Source of the DNA: Hormiphora californensis
Lineage: Eukaryota > Animalia > Ctenophora
Direction of reading: 5' to 3'
DNA: 64,000 nt
Assembly: GCA_020137815.1 (NCBI GenBank)
Contig: CM035350.1
Span: 8,060,001-8,124,000 of the forward strand
Of the stretch, positions 63,627 through 64,000 are shown piece by piece; the stretch's first letter is position 1, and each line of letters starts with the position of its first letter. A program made the position numbers and the translations under genes. The notes beneath the pieces are model-generated. The model was not told the origin of the DNA. It saw only the letters and a program-made list of their open reading frames with translations, and searched no databases.

Positions 63627-64000
63627 GGGTACACCTGGCGTTTTTCATCATCGAGTGCCCAACCAAATGACTTCACCAGGGTTTAGGTCATACAAAATGG
63701 ACCTCAAATATGCAATTTTAGCCCTAAAGTCGAATTCATATTTTTGCTACAGCCTATTTTCAAAGTGGCGTTTTTTCAATTTTTGTTGGAATTTTTAACC
63801 TCAGGACCACTTTTTTTGAGATAGAAACATTAAATTCTTGGAATTTGAAGAGAATATAAAGGTGAATAAGCCCAAAGAAGGATTTTTGAAATGGAGCTTA
63901 TTGCTGGCCATGAGAAGGGTTTATTTTTTTGCTTCTTTGACACGCTGGCTGAGAATGTTCCCATGCTTCATTAGAGATGAAAATCTGGAAATAGTTGCTC
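63627..64000. mobile_element. Left arm of a second Kolobok-like element related to 7022-8410 (runs off the window)
   Basis: Starts TTAA-GGGTAC. Shares GACCTCAAATATGCAATTTTAGC and AAGTCGAATTCATATTTTTGCTACAGC with the first element. Confidence 0.75.

Overview
This is animal genomic DNA with spliceosomal introns, many (GA)n microsatellites and many DNA transposons. Nested genes, the style of the GPCR and a leader-like sequence suggest a ctenophore (inference). Gene models assembled by hand from GT-AG splice sites: the 5' part of a C2H2 zinc-finger gene (-), FANK1 (-, ~28 kb) with a class A GPCR (+) nested in its 17-kb intron, cyclin D (+), and a complete 13-exon WDR34/DYNC2I2 (-) with a small secreted peptide-precursor gene (+) nested in one intron. 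Mobile DNA includes three large foldback elements, several MITEs, Helitron/Helentron-type elements, a tRNA-derived SINE and several LINEs. Main discovery candidate: two retroelements in sense orientation at the 5' end of WDR34 (one just upstream of its first exon, one in intron 1) both begin with the same spliced-leader-like sequence (...GTAAAACTATTTATTGAG) and share a hairpin-plus-GGGCAGTCCC motif just before their ATG. One is a ~4.8-kb full-length LINE and the other is a 1.25-kb ORF1-only element. This suggests promoter-less retrotransposons whose 5' end is defined by SL trans-splicing. Several stretches (~26.3-30.5, 35.5-40.9, 53.6-57.9 and 61.5-62.1 kb) look like low-quality sequence, and there is a 100-N gap.
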